A stretch of 64,000 nucleotides of DNA from Podarcis filfolensis. Its lineage: Eukaryota. The position numbers and the translations under genes are program-made. This document shows, one piece after another, positions 23,959 to 35,182 of the stretch (positions are counted from its first letter, which is position 1; the number at the start of each line of letters is the position of its first letter). Location: NCBI GenBank assembly GCA_964270895.1, contig OZ185437.1; one strand, written 5' to 3'. The notes beneath the pieces were generated by a model. It was not told the DNA's origin. It searched no databases and worked only from the letters and a program-made list of their open reading frames with translations.

Positions 23959-25760
23959 CCTTAGAAGTACAACAAAAAGGGATGAAAAAGATTTTTCAAA
24001 CCTCCATAGAAATAGGATAAAGCTAGGAGGAAGAGCTGAAGAAGAATGTGGAAAGCAAGAATGGGAGGGAAAGGTACTTTACACTTAGTGTAACATAAAC
24101 ATTTCTCCTGTTCCCCCTTTATTCATTCTACTATGAGAGACTTGGAACTGCCATACAAGCCTTTCTAAAACGAGAGACTGGCAGCCATATTTGATGAGTT
24201 GCTTCTTATAAGCTCTTAAAAACTTAAGGTTACTTTTCTTGCAGACCTTTAAATTGATGGTTACTGCCAGGCATGCTATCACGCAAAAATAAACAAAAAT
24301 GTGCACAAAGTTAATTTACAGCTCTTTTAGGAAAGCAAACTGCCAATTCCACCCTTCCTTGTTTAAAGTGTTTTTCTAACCCACCCTGAATTACCATGAC
24401 AAGACAGGCTACATTTCTAAATGAATTAAAAAAGAAAGAAAACACAATGTGACTTTACTATAGGGTGGTATCAGCCTGTGTCATACACATGAACAATTAC
24501 AAACACCATTTGCCTTGGAATTGGGGAGGGGGCAGTGAACTAGAGTATCGCATGTCTCTAACAACCTTCTGACTCCAATAAACCAAGTATAAGGAATACA
24601 ACCCTCTCCTCATTTTTTTAACTCAAGATTACAAATATAGGAATTTGGCTTATAAATATAGTGGGCCTCTCTGGGCTCTTAAAAATTCAACACAGAGACC
24701 CTTAGAACATGGATGGGGATCCAGGTGGACTCCAATTCCCATCATCCCTGAGCAATGGCCATGCTGGCGGAAGCTAATGGCACTCAACATCTGGAGGGTT
24801 ATGGGTTTCCCATCCCAGTCAAAGTATTGTACAAAATGAGTGCCTAAAGATCGATGACAGCTTAATCTAAAGAGTCCCAAGGACAGTAGTTAGGGAAGAA
24901 ATTTATAGCCCTACCAAGAGTAACATAACAGAATTAGGAAAGATGGAGATAACTTTTGCTTTCATTCCTTGAAAATCTTTGAATCTTTTGACAAAAAACC
25001 CCCCAAAACAAATTACAACCTTGTAAAATCATTTCTAATGAACTACTTTTCAATGGGCACATGAATCAGTTCTCTTTAAACACTATGGTACAAATCTGAT
25101 GGAAGGTTTTGTACCCAATGACATATATTTTCCTGAAACAACACTGCAAACTACATTTGGATCACAGTGACGGGAATGTAGCTACTCAGAAAAAGTGCTA
25201 CATAAAACAAGGGGGCCCTTGTAAACAAGAACAGCACTCTGTGGTCCAAAGAGAGCAGATAACCTTTGCCCAAATGTTTGCTCAAGCTCTATAGTAAAAC
25301 AATGAGAGATGGATTAAGCAAGCTGTAAAAATAATTCGTTGTTGCTGTAACCAATTTGCTACAAAGCTTGAAATCTTGCCCCATCTGAATGTATGATTAG
25401 GGGGGGGGAAGAACAGTATTTTGGCGGTTGGGAATATTTCTAATTAAACTAATTTTTGCTGCAAGCACAACCTCTGTTTTGTTACTGCTGTTAGCATATT
25501 ACTATTTTGTCAATTAAAAATTACCTAAACTTAGATTTCCACCTAAATTCTAGCACAGTGGTTCTCTCAAGGGTGTGGTGACTTACGCTGGTGTGGCAGG
25601 AAGATTAAAGGATTATCAAAGAAACATTTAAAGTTTTCAGTATTGTACAGCAAAGCATTGAAAAAAAATTATTTGCAGAATGTGGATAGATATAGTTTCA
25701 AATTGAGAATAGAACTGCCTATTCTTCTTGCAAACAAGATATTAAATTAGCTCCCCCTTA

Positions 25761-25827
25761 TATTAATAGTGTGTTTAATTTTTATTAATAGTGCGTTTAA
25801 TTTTTATATTAATAGTGCGTTTAATTT
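25761..25827. repeat. Minisatellite, 3 copies of a ~22-24 bp unit (TATTAATAGTGYGTTTAATTTT)
   Basis: Three adjacent near-identical units starting at 25761, 25783 and 25807. Confidence 0.8.
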
Positions 25828-26939
25828 AATTTTAAAGCAAGCCAAATTAAGCTCCAAATTAAGCAACAGCAAATTTACTAAAGAGTTAATGCTAGTATGA
25901 AGAGAAACAAAAATGCTGTACTAAAATTGAATTATGACCCCTCATCTTTACAGAGCTTTGTAATCCACAGGCCTTCTAACATTAGTCTCTCTTTTAATAC
26001 ACAAAAAGCACTTTGTTGAGGATGGAGTAAATAGTGAAAATCACCAGCAGTCTCAGGCTCCATAACCATACAATACATGCATTCATTTTGATATGCAAAT
26101 ATTGTATACCATATATGTGATCTGAGCACATGGGGACCTACACAAGACTTTCATATTTCGCCACATACCAATGTGCTTTCCGCTTACAACGTTTGCAACA
26201 GACTGAATCAGTCCTAAATCTTTTTGTTTGTGCAGACTACCAAAATAATTTATTTCTCCATGATTAGCAGTTTATTGAAAGGGACTAGAAGTACATACAT
26301 AAACAAACACACACCAGGGCTGTAGTCAAAGGGGTGTGTGTGTGTGTCAGTATCTCTTCCCTTTGATCATACAGTCATAATACTTCTTAGATTTTCTCAA
26401 ATGATCTATTACTCTTTTGAGATTGAATGAAAGCCAGATACACACACACAGAAAATTTTACTTCTCCAGCCTCTTTCAAACTACTTGTCATGACCTTTAT
26501 GAACAAATGTATTGAGGGTGTGTGCCGAACTGGGTCTTTGCCCTGGTGACAGAAAGCCTAGTTTCGGCCCTGCACACACACTCCTTTAAGTGCTATAAGA
26601 ATTTATTTACAGGAGGGGCTAACAGTATTTTTCAACTACCCAGACTCAATGGTGGAGGCATGTGTGTATAGTATTGCAAATTTGTAAGCAGAGAAGTATC
26701 AACTTTACAGCAACGAAGTGAGAAATCTTCCATATACATTTGAACAAGGCAGCCTTTCCTTGCAGTTGGGGAAAAAAACAAACACTTTAAGTAAACACAT
26801 AGGATTGTGCCAAAGTATATTCTTAAAAACAAAAAAAGAAAACAACAGGAAACACAAACAGACGAAGCTCCTGGGCGATCCAGAGGTTCTCTTTACAAAT
26901 TTAAACCATCTCCACTCTGCTTGGGGCTTTTAAAGCGCT

Positions 26940-27810
26940 GGGAGGCTCATGGAGGGGACTCTCGCCTCCTTTCCTCCCCACCTCCCGCCACCATGAGAAA
27001 ACAAAGAAGGCAAGACCCAGCTCTGCTCCCTCTCCTTCTCCAGCCAGACCACCCCCTCCGCCCACAAGGCACTTTGAAGAAACGGCGCGCGGGGGGCGGG
27101 GGTCGAGCCAGCGAAGATGGACGGCCAGCCCCAGGCAAAGGCTGCCTGGCTGCCCCCTCCCCCAGCTCGATGTCCATCACTGCCCTCCCCCCACGACTGC
27201 GGAGGGCGAAGAGAGCGCCGCCGCCGCCGCCGCCGCTATTGTTGCTCTCCCACCTGTTTGGCGAGGAACCTGCTGAGCTCGCCGCTGCTCCTCTCGTTCC
27301 TCTGCGCGACCATCTGCAGCGGAGCCGCCAGGCTGAGACGCAGGTGCTCCATTGCCTCGGCCTTCCCGGAGCAGCTCCCCTTCGCCCCGGGACCGAGGTA
27401 ACGGGCGGTGGGCGTGCGCGCGCGAAGGCAACCAGCTAGCGCCCTCCGCCACCCGCTGCTGCTGCGCGACACGTGGGGAAGGAGAGCGACTTTCGTTTTC
27501 CCCGTGTATACGCCGCGTCATCTCCCAGCGACAAACCAAGGCGGAGGAGGGATGGTCTCGGCCTTTGCTTTTTCACCCGCCTCTTGCAGAGACACACGCG
27601 CACAAAAACTACTCATCCCAGCATGCACGGCGACTTTCCTTCGTAGCCACACTCTGCATAGTTTAGAGCGTTGCGCGCTGGGATAAATAGGATTTCCCTT
27701 CTCTCCTTCGCTGTAGGCTGAAGTTGCGCGGGGTTTCTGCGGCAAGTCCCTCAAAAGCCGGGTTTGGGTTAGATAAAAACAGAAACGCCGTGGCTGCAGG
27801 GCGTTTGGGC
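26940..27810 (-). promoter_or_regulatory. CpG island / MDN1 promoter and first exon
   Basis: Abrupt GC and CpG enrichment around the MDN1 ATG (gcaATGg); E-box CACGTG at 27470-27475. Confidence 0.8.
27254..27352 (-). CDS. MDN1: Midasin coding exon 1 (start codon at 27352)
   Basis: MEHLRLSLAAPLQMVAQRNERSSGELSRFLAKQ|gtggga; resembles the recalled human N-terminus MEHFLLEVAAAPLRLIAAKNEKSRSELGRFLAKQ; strong Kozak context. Confidence 0.93.
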
Positions 27811-29099
27811 TTTAAAGCACTGGGAACATCCCATTGGGACTTACTTCCGAGCAAACAAACACAACAAAACAAAATAAATAAATAAAATAAAATAAAATAA
27901 AATAAATCCTTCCAGTAGCACCTTAAAAAGTAAAGGTAAAGGGACCCCGACCATTAGGTCCAGTCGTGACCATAGCACCTTAGAGACCAACTAAGACGAA
28001 AGCTCATACCAATAACTAACTTAGTCTCTAAGGTGCTACTGGAAGGAATTTTTTATTTTATTTTGTTTTGTTTTGTTTCGACTACGGCAGACCAACAAGG
28101 CTACCTACCTGTAACTAAAACAAACAAAAGTGTGCTGATAAACAACAACAGCAACAAAACCTTTCCCCAGTTGATGGAGCTACATCAGTTTCTGTTAGAG
28201 CCAGGAGAGAAATAGGTTTTCAAGGGTGGCAGGAATAGTTTGAAAACAGCATGAAAATACTCAGGGTTGTGGCCCTCTAGCACTATACTGTACCGAACAG
28301 CAGGGCCTGTGTTTGGGGGACAAAACATCAACAGCCCAGCCAGTCTTATGGAAAATTAAGCTTACAAGTCCATTGATTTCTAGGCAACAGTCCCTGATAC
28401 ACCTAAACCTGCACAGGACTGGACTGCACAGCTGCCATCTTAAACACACTTACTAGGGATAAAGCTGATTGGAGTTTATTCAGACTAAGTCCCAAATAAA
28501 TATACAAAGGGTTAGATTGCACAGAGCACCTTAAATGGAAGTGGCCAAAAGCACTTTGTTGCATGCGAACAAGTTTGTGTGCCAAAAGACAAAGTTGCTG
28601 CTACCAAAAGTACTGCTGTTGTAATGAACCTTAAAAACTATATGGGATAGCTGGAGCAAAGCCAACAAATGACAGAGTTAACTTTTTAGGTCAAAGGAGA
28701 TCTGAAAATTTACAATCAATTTTTTTAACCACTAGTTGGTACAAGATGTAATTAACTGTATGTGCTATAGCAGCTATACACTACATGACAGTATGTCACA
28801 TTGAACTCCAGGGCTTTCTGCTGGGAAAGCATACATAAAATCCAGTGGCAAAGGTCTTATCTCATTTGCTGTGTTTCCAAAACCACAAAAAATTATCCAA
28901 CAGCCAACTTTAGTCATCCTTTCCCCTTGCCCTTTACCTAGGAGATGAAAGATTGATTACTAGATACATTTTTTAAAAATGCTGAACCATTGCTCATTTG
29001 AGGTCTAGTACTTACACCAACAGCAAATAATCTAGCAGGACCTTGAAGACTTAATAGTGCGAGCTTGCATTGATTTTAGAATGAGTTGATTTTAGAATG

Positions 29100-29170
29100 C
29101 TGTGTTACTTTTATTGTTGTTAGCTGCTCTGAGCCTGGCTTTGGCTGGGAAGGGCAGGATATAAATAAAA

Positions 29171-29208
<38 letters not shown>
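29100..29208 (+). mobile_element. L2-type LINE/SINE 3' tail ending in (TTA)n
   Basis: 'gttagctgctctgagcctggctttggctgggaagggcaggatataaataaaattattatt...' has the same tail architecture as the copies at 33355 and 43929. Confidence 0.55.
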
Positions 29209-29209
<1 letters not shown>

Positions 29210-29311
29210 TCCCAGTGGGGCTTACTCCTTTACATGTAAGTTCCACTGAATTCAGCAGGGCTTACTTCTGAGTAGACAAGCATAGGCTTGCAATGTGTAC
29301 TGTGACATAAG

Positions 29312-29453
29312 CAGTGCTTTTGGTTTAAAAAAAAAATAGGAAAAAGGTGTTGGTACTCGCCATGCAGTTGTTACAATAAGTGCCACACTTTTAACATTTG
29401 TAAGGAAAGGTGTTGGTACTGCGTACCCTTGAGTACCCGCAGAAAAAGCACTG
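29312..29453. mobile_element. hAT-type MITE
   Basis: TIR CAGTGCTTTT ... AAAAAGCACTG; internal repeat aaggtgttggtact x2; degenerate TSD gacataag / ggcatgag. Confidence 0.65.
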
Positions 29454-29629
29454 GGCATGAGCTTTTCCATAGCCCCATGCATGTTTATTTGGAAGTAAGC
29501 TCCATTGCATTTAACGGGACTTTCTCCCAATCCTCGTGAACAGGACTAGCGCCTTTAAGGGCCCACTCTATGTCACATATTTGGGGTATGCCCTCAACTG
29601 ACAGCTGACAGAGGAGAGTTTCTCTGTCC

Positions 29630-30460
29630 TCATGCACGTCTGACAGCTGACGTTACGGCAATAAGGCTTTTGGCGAAACAAACAAATGCGCCTCTCTGAT
29701 TAAAACGAGCTCTGCGGCTGCGCCAACCCAAACTTCTGCCCCTGCAAAGTTATCAGCCACAAAGCTTTCTGGTAGCTTTGCAGTATCGAAACACCCTGAA
29801 ACTCAAGCTTCAGGGCTTGAGTTTGCATATAAAAACAGAATCCGCCGGGTTGCTCCCGAGAGCAAAAGCAGGCGCCCCCCAGCGGAGCCGCTCACCGAAG
29901 CAGCCCCAGCGAAGGAAACCCGCCCCGCCTGCATCCCGAAGGGGCGGGCCTTGACGCTTCCTTTTGGCGCCAAGCGTTTCTGTGGCGGAGGAGGGAGCTG
30001 CTGACGTCGAGGCACGGCGCGCGCCCCGGCGTCTCCGGTGATTGGCCGGGCTCTTCCGGGCGCCACCTCTCCCGTTTGGCGGCGGCGAAGGTGGCGGTGT
30101 TTTGGGGTGGGGGGAGTGTTGTCAGCGAGAGAGGCAGCGGCGGCCGCCGGCCGAGGGAGCGAAAGTGAGGAGCAGCAGCGGAGGCCGCACGGCGCGCGTT
30201 ATTCCGGTTTGTGGAAACCAGTGGCCCGGGAAGGGAGTGGGGGTGTCTTTTTCTCGTGGGGATCAAGCGGTTGGGAGAGTGGCTGCCTCGCCTGCCCGGA
30301 ACTCCTGCCGAGCCCCGCGGCGGCATTCCCACGAGCACATTTCCCGGGTTATCTATATATTGTCTTTCCCCCAAATGGCATCGTACCCCGCCCCCACCAG
30401 CATGTAACTCTTCCCGCTCCCAGTTCCCACGTCTCCCACTTTCTCGCCCCTGCTTTCTGC
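29630..30460 (+). promoter_or_regulatory. CpG island / CASP8AP2 promoter
   Basis: GC box 29941-29949; E2F-type TTTGGCGC 29963-29970 (also TTTTGGCGAAA at 29668 and TTTGGCGG at 30075); CRE-like TGACGTC 30002-30008; reverse CCAAT 30041-30045; ETS CTTCCGG 30053-30059. Confidence 0.8.
30060..30164 (+). other. CASP8AP2: Probable non-coding exon 1 of CASP8AP2 (TSS not determinable)
   Basis: Lies just downstream of the promoter motifs; candidate donor GAAA|gtgagg at 30165; no transcript evidence available. Confidence 0.45.
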
Positions 30461-31151
30461 AAGGGTGGGGGTTTGGAGGGTGCGGGGTGCCTTTATGGCC
30501 CTCCAAACGTTGCTGGACTACAACTCAAGCCATCCTGGTTTGTGGTGACTGGGCATGTAGTCCAACAGCAGCTGGAGGTCACTGGGGTGAAAGTGGGGGC
30601 TGGGGCTGCCTTGAGGCCTGGTCAGCACCCGAAGAGGGAATGAGGGGGTCGAAGTTCCGAAGTGGTGGACTTGGACCGCACCAGTTTAACCGGAGAGTGG
30701 TGGTGGGTCATGTTTTATATCGCCACTTAGTTCTGCTTTGGGTGCAATTTGCCTTCCCACACCCCACCTGAGTCCAGGACTAACCCTGTAATGCTAAACT
30801 TGTCTGCTGAGGAATAATTCAATGTTGAATTCAGTGAGGCCTGCTCCCAGTTAAGTAGACTAGGGTTGTGCATAAGTGCACAAAGAACATGTGCAGAGTG
30901 CCTTGCTGTTTAGTAATGAGAAAGCACTTTTACCTATCCTGGTTAAGAGTGAAGACTGCTTTTCATTGGAGAAGACTTGTTTGAGCAGTAGGCCCTGTAC
31001 TTTTTCATAGGAAGAATTGTATACAGTGGTCGCTCCACTCTGTCCTCTTTGGAGAACTGCTCTTCACTTGCTCTCCCCCTCCCCTCTGACTTGGTGGACA
31101 AACCACAAGCCCAGGTTCAAACATAACCCTAAGCCAAACCATGGCTTAGGC

Positions 31152-31344
31152 CAGAGCTTTCCAAACTTTTCGTGTTGGTGACACACTTTTTAGACGTGTC
31201 ATTTCGTGACACAGTAATTCAGTTTTACTAGCAGATTAGAGGTTAAATTAACCCATTTCCAGCCCTGGGAGCATTTGCAAGACACACCCAACACAGTGCA
31301 GCCGACACACTAATTTGTCCTGACACACAGTTTGGAAAGCTCTG
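31152..31344. mobile_element. hAT MITE with perfect TIRs and perfect TSD
   Basis: 16-bp perfect TIR CAGAGCTTTCCAAACT / AGTTTGGAAAGCTCTG; perfect 8-bp TSD GCTTAGGC (31144-31151 and 31345-31352). Confidence 0.92.
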
Positions 31345-31855
31345 GCTTAGGCCTAGGTAGTGTGATCAGGGGAAGGAGTGCTTTGTCTACAATCTTGGTT
31401 CTCATTCCAAGTTATGGTTTGCTTTAGCACCAGGGGCGAAACTAGGTTTTACTTCACCTAGGTCAAAGACCCAGTTTGGCACACACCCCATACACATTTG
31501 TGTATACACACACACACAAGCTGGGAGCCTCAATTGCGCCCCTCTGGTGGCTTCACCAGGGGCAAAAAGATCTGAATAGCCCCCCTATAGCTACAACACT
31601 GCTTAGTGCTATGGAACTGTTAGTTGCAAAAATAAATGCTGGCAATCTCATTCACCTGTGAATATATTCTTCCCATGCTGACCACCATCTGTGTATGCAG
31701 GAACACTTGTGTCCCATTGTGAAAACAGAATAAAGAGATCCATCTTTCGCTGATGGATTGCCTTCTATATTAATAACCTGCATGTTTTAAACTTAGGCTA
31801 ATCAAAATCTTTTTTGTTGTCAAATGCAGATGGAGAATACTAGGAAGAGAGTATA

Positions 31856-31910
31856 ATGGCAACAGATGATGATGACGATGGGATGACGTTTTCTAATTTA
31901 TTGCATGGTG
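31856..31910 (+). CDS. CASP8AP2: FLASH first coding exon (exon starts at 31830)
   Basis: ataATGg; MATDDDDDGMTFSNLLHG G|gtaagt; resembles the recalled human MAADDDNGDG; 55 nt. Confidence 0.88.
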
Positions 31911-32572
31911 GTAAGTTTTTTTGTTTGTTGATTTTAATCAGATTATTTTTACTTAAAAAATAAATAAATGTAGGGAAACTCCATACCAAGGAAGAAACCC
32001 TTGAGAAAAGTTACATATGGACCAGTATATGTAGCTCCTTGTACAGCACAGTTGACTGTCATATGTTGTGGCAAGAGCTGTTGCTGGTCATCTGAAGAGA
32101 GTTTTCTTCCTGCATTGCTGAGAGACCCATCATATGGTTTTCTAAGAATCTGATCTTTGGGAGCAGAGTTGTACAGACAAACATTGGATGCCCTCTTAAC
32201 TACAATTTTAGGCTCTGCCCCATTTCTTCTGGCTTCATAGAATAAGATGGATACCATTATCGAACAAATAATAAGGACCTAGATATTACTGTTATGGCTA
32301 CGTTTGATGCTGTATTATGTTTTTAATGCAAGAAGTTATTTCTGACACAAAAATGGCCTATTTTTGTCCCTTTTAATTCTATAAAACCCACAGCTGAGGC
32401 TACAATTTGAAGGGGGCGATAGTGCAAGGGGAGAAGAGCTTCTTATTTCTTTCATCTCATAGTGATTTTCTACTAGAGATCCTTTCTAGTGTATTTCTCT
32501 TGTATTTCACCATTACTGCGTACGTAGACTGGGTGAACTTACATATTATTACTTTATTCTCTTTATTTGCAG

Positions 32573-32650
32573 TTTCTTCTCAAGGAGTAGATGATGATGA
32601 GAGTTCAGTGGATATTTATGATGGATTAGACAGCTCTCCAGTTATTTCTG
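32573..32650 (+). CDS. CASP8AP2: FLASH coding exon 2
   Basis: ttgcag|TT TCT...TCT G|gtatgt; SSQGVDDDESSVDIYDGLDSSPVIS (human ...EGSLDIYAGLDS); 78 nt. Confidence 0.9.
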
Positions 32651-33354
32651 GTATGTTCATAGCTTTGTAACCAATGACATTGCTCAGCTGAGAGTAAAGC
32701 TCTCTGAAGCAGATTTATGATGGACATGGGGGTAGGGCTTCAGCAGGAAGGAGGAACCACTGAGAATTCACTGCTTCCCTTCCTGTTCCACTGACAGAAG
32801 CTTTCATCTGAGTTGGATACAATCCATAGTTATTTGGTTATTTAATTATACATTGGAGAATTTTGTCATAAAAGGTCCTGTATATATTCATCCTGCTGTT
32901 AGGATAGAGCATTTTTGTTTTGGGTTTGTTGCAGAAACAATAAGTATCTTTTGCACTTCAGAATAGTAGTTTGTATTGACTTTTAAGAGATGGCTTTGAT
33001 ATGTAATTTGAGTTAGCAGCAGCCACAAATAGCATTTTGATCTAAGTAAAATTTCTTAGGTGATAAGTTGCAACCATGGCTTATTTGGAAGGACTTCAGG
33101 GGAGAGATAAAATGTGCAGAACCCGTTGCTGTATCCTGGAACATCATAATACTATACATAATTTAAAAACCTGATGGAAGTTGTGAAACTGAAACTAACT
33201 TTCACAACTTTACATGGGAGTAAGCCCCCACTAGATGCCTAGTGCATCCTGCCCCCTGCCCCCCCCCCCGTCCCACATAGGAAACACTTTTGAAACTGAG
33301 AAAAATATTCAAAAGCAGTTTGATGTGGCATAGGGACCTGCTGTTCGAAAGAAA

Positions 33355-33467
33355 AAAGCCCTGTTTAGGGAAGTTTTTAATGACGGATGTTTTAATGTAC
33401 TTTTAATCTTTTGATGGAAGCCACCCAGAGTGGCTGGGGAAACCCAGCCAAATGGGTGGAGTATAAA

Positions 33468-33507
<40 letters not shown>
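33355..33507 (+). mobile_element. L2 LINE 3' end with (TAT)n tail
   Basis: Encodes ...ALFREVF*, like the ORF end at 49200; shares the tail 'gccacccagagtggctggggaaacccagcc...tataaatattattatt'. Confidence 0.7.
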
Positions 33508-33509
<2 letters not shown>

Positions 33510-33573
33510 AGTAGCTCTTTCGATCTTATCTAATGGAAGAATGGGTACAATGAAAAAGGAAAATATTCCAAGT

Positions 33574-33577
<4 letters not shown>

Positions 33578-33616
<39 letters not shown>
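33578..33616. repeat. (CT)n microsatellite forming the polypyrimidine tract of a CASP8AP2 acceptor
   Basis: About 19 CT units ending 13 nt before the exon start at 33630. Confidence 0.9.
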
Positions 33617-33619
<3 letters not shown>

Positions 33620-33629
33620 GCTCTCTCAG

Positions 33630-33730
33630 TCAAACCTGCTACAAAACTGACCTCATCAATAAGTAGTTTAAACCTATTCGATGAGATCCTGATTGAAGAA
33701 GGAACAGCAAAGGAAGCTACTTACAATGAT
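33630..33730 (+). CDS. CASP8AP2: FLASH coding exon 3
   Basis: tctcag|TC AAA...AAT GAT|gtatgt; [33 protein letters not shown] (human [22 protein letters not shown]); 101 nt. Confidence 0.93.
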
Positions 33731-34143
33731 GTATGTATTTTGAATCAATGATATGTTGGTGAAATGTGATGTAGTTAGTTAGCAAGTTAGTTAGCAAGGT
33801 GTGTGTTTTAAATTCATCAGTTCAGCACATTTTAGTACACTATGTACTATCAAAACATTTTTAAATCCCCAAACACCTACTTTACTGAGCAGTCTCAATT
33901 TATTGAAAAATTCGACATGTGCATCAGGAAATCTGTGATCAGTCATGACACAGACATTTTGTAAATGCATGTTTGGAAGGTTTTCCTGTTTGTGAGGGAA
34001 ATTTTATTTACTATTATTTTAATGTAATGACTTTTCTTGCATATTTTAACAAAGCTGGATTATTATTATTATTATTACCCAAAGAAAATTAGGCTCACTT
34101 AATACTGTCTTTAATACAAATGTGAATAATCCTGTTTCAACAG

Positions 34144-34218
34144 TTGCAGGCTGAACATGAGAAATGTCAGCAACAACTTCAAGAGTTGACAAGGAGGTTT
34201 CAGCAAATACAAGAACAG
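34144..34218 (+). CDS. CASP8AP2: FLASH coding exon 4 (coiled coil)
   Basis: caacag|TTG CAG...GAA CAG|gtaaag; LQAEHEKCQQQLQELTRRFQQIQEQ; 75 nt. Confidence 0.92.
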
Positions 34219-34666
34219 GTAAAGCAGCATTAAGTGGTAATTTATCCATTTTGTATCCTGTAACTGAAAGCGTTCTAGAAACTCTTCATATACATCTTCC
34301 AATTTGTATTGGTTTGCTGTTTTGAAGTATTAGTTGCGAGTGTATCTTGTTTTTTAAATAAAACAAAATAATAAAATAAGAAACAGCAACCACAATAGTA
34401 ATATTTTGAATTAGTGAGGCTGTGCAGGGCAGCTCTGTCTCTGTAAGGCCTATTAGTATCGTAAATGTATTTTGCTTTGATGCTTTTTGTATGAGGTTGC
34501 AGCACAAAGTCGGTAGGGCATTTTGAAAGTTCTTTGTGAAAGTTAACTGTGATTCATTTAAATGAGATTTTTTCCTAAACCGTTATTGGTGTTTTCCTTC
34601 TCTCCCCCAATATATGCAGATACAAGTTCATAACATGTATATGTCTCTGTCTTCTTTTAAAATTAG

Positions 34667-34782
34667 AACTCTGCTCTGCAAAATGAAAACCAGTCTCTTA
34701 AAAAGAATATTTCTGCTCTTCTAAAAACAGCTAGAGTGGAAATTAATCGCAAGGATGAAGAAATTAATAGTCTCCAGCGAAG
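34667..34782 (+). CDS. CASP8AP2: FLASH coding exon 5 (Lsm11-binding coiled coil)
   Basis: aattag|AAC TCT...CGA AG|gtatgc; [38 protein letters not shown]; 116 nt. Confidence 0.95.
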
Positions 34783-35182
34783 GTATGCTTTTTTCAGCAA
34801 TGTCCTCTATTGTCCAAATATTTAGAAGAAAAAGAAACAAGACACATTTGAAACTAAAAAGTAGAAGATGTTTTCTAAGCCTATCTTTTTTGTAGTTAAA
34901 TTTAACAGACACATAAACGTTAACTTGCTAGATATCAGATACTCATCTTCTGGAAAAAAAATTCTGCTAAAATTTGAAGTGTTTCTTGAAAAAGGTTACC
35001 CACACATTATGTTCATAGCTTCATGCTTGCTAGCATAACTAGTGCACAAAGATGTGGAATGTTTTCATTCTGTCTGGTATTTGGCCGGTGATGGTGCTAA
35101 GGTCTTGTGGTTCAATTGGGTGTTCATTTCAGTGGTGATCAGGGAAAGTGTATTTTGTTTTTAAGCTGACTACTGTGCATGA

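Noticed and set aside
25761-25827. Spaced repeats superficially resembling CRISPR
   Set aside because: Head-to-tail minisatellite without unique spacers, in a vertebrate intron; no cas genes
26807-27686. Overlapping 90-210 aa ORFs over the MDN1 first exon
   Set aside because: Typical stop-poor GC-rich CpG island; Pro/Arg/Ala low-complexity translations, several with non-ATG starts; only the 33-codon MDN1 frame has homology support
29803-30771. ORFs of 87-204 aa on both strands over the CASP8AP2 promoter
   Set aside because: Same CpG-island artefact; no recognisable domain
34230-34370. Minus-strand peptide-like stretch (LEDVYEEFLERFQLQDTKW) in a CASP8AP2 intron
   Set aside because: Short, frames interrupted, no splice partners or recognisable family; possibly a LINE relic but not supportable
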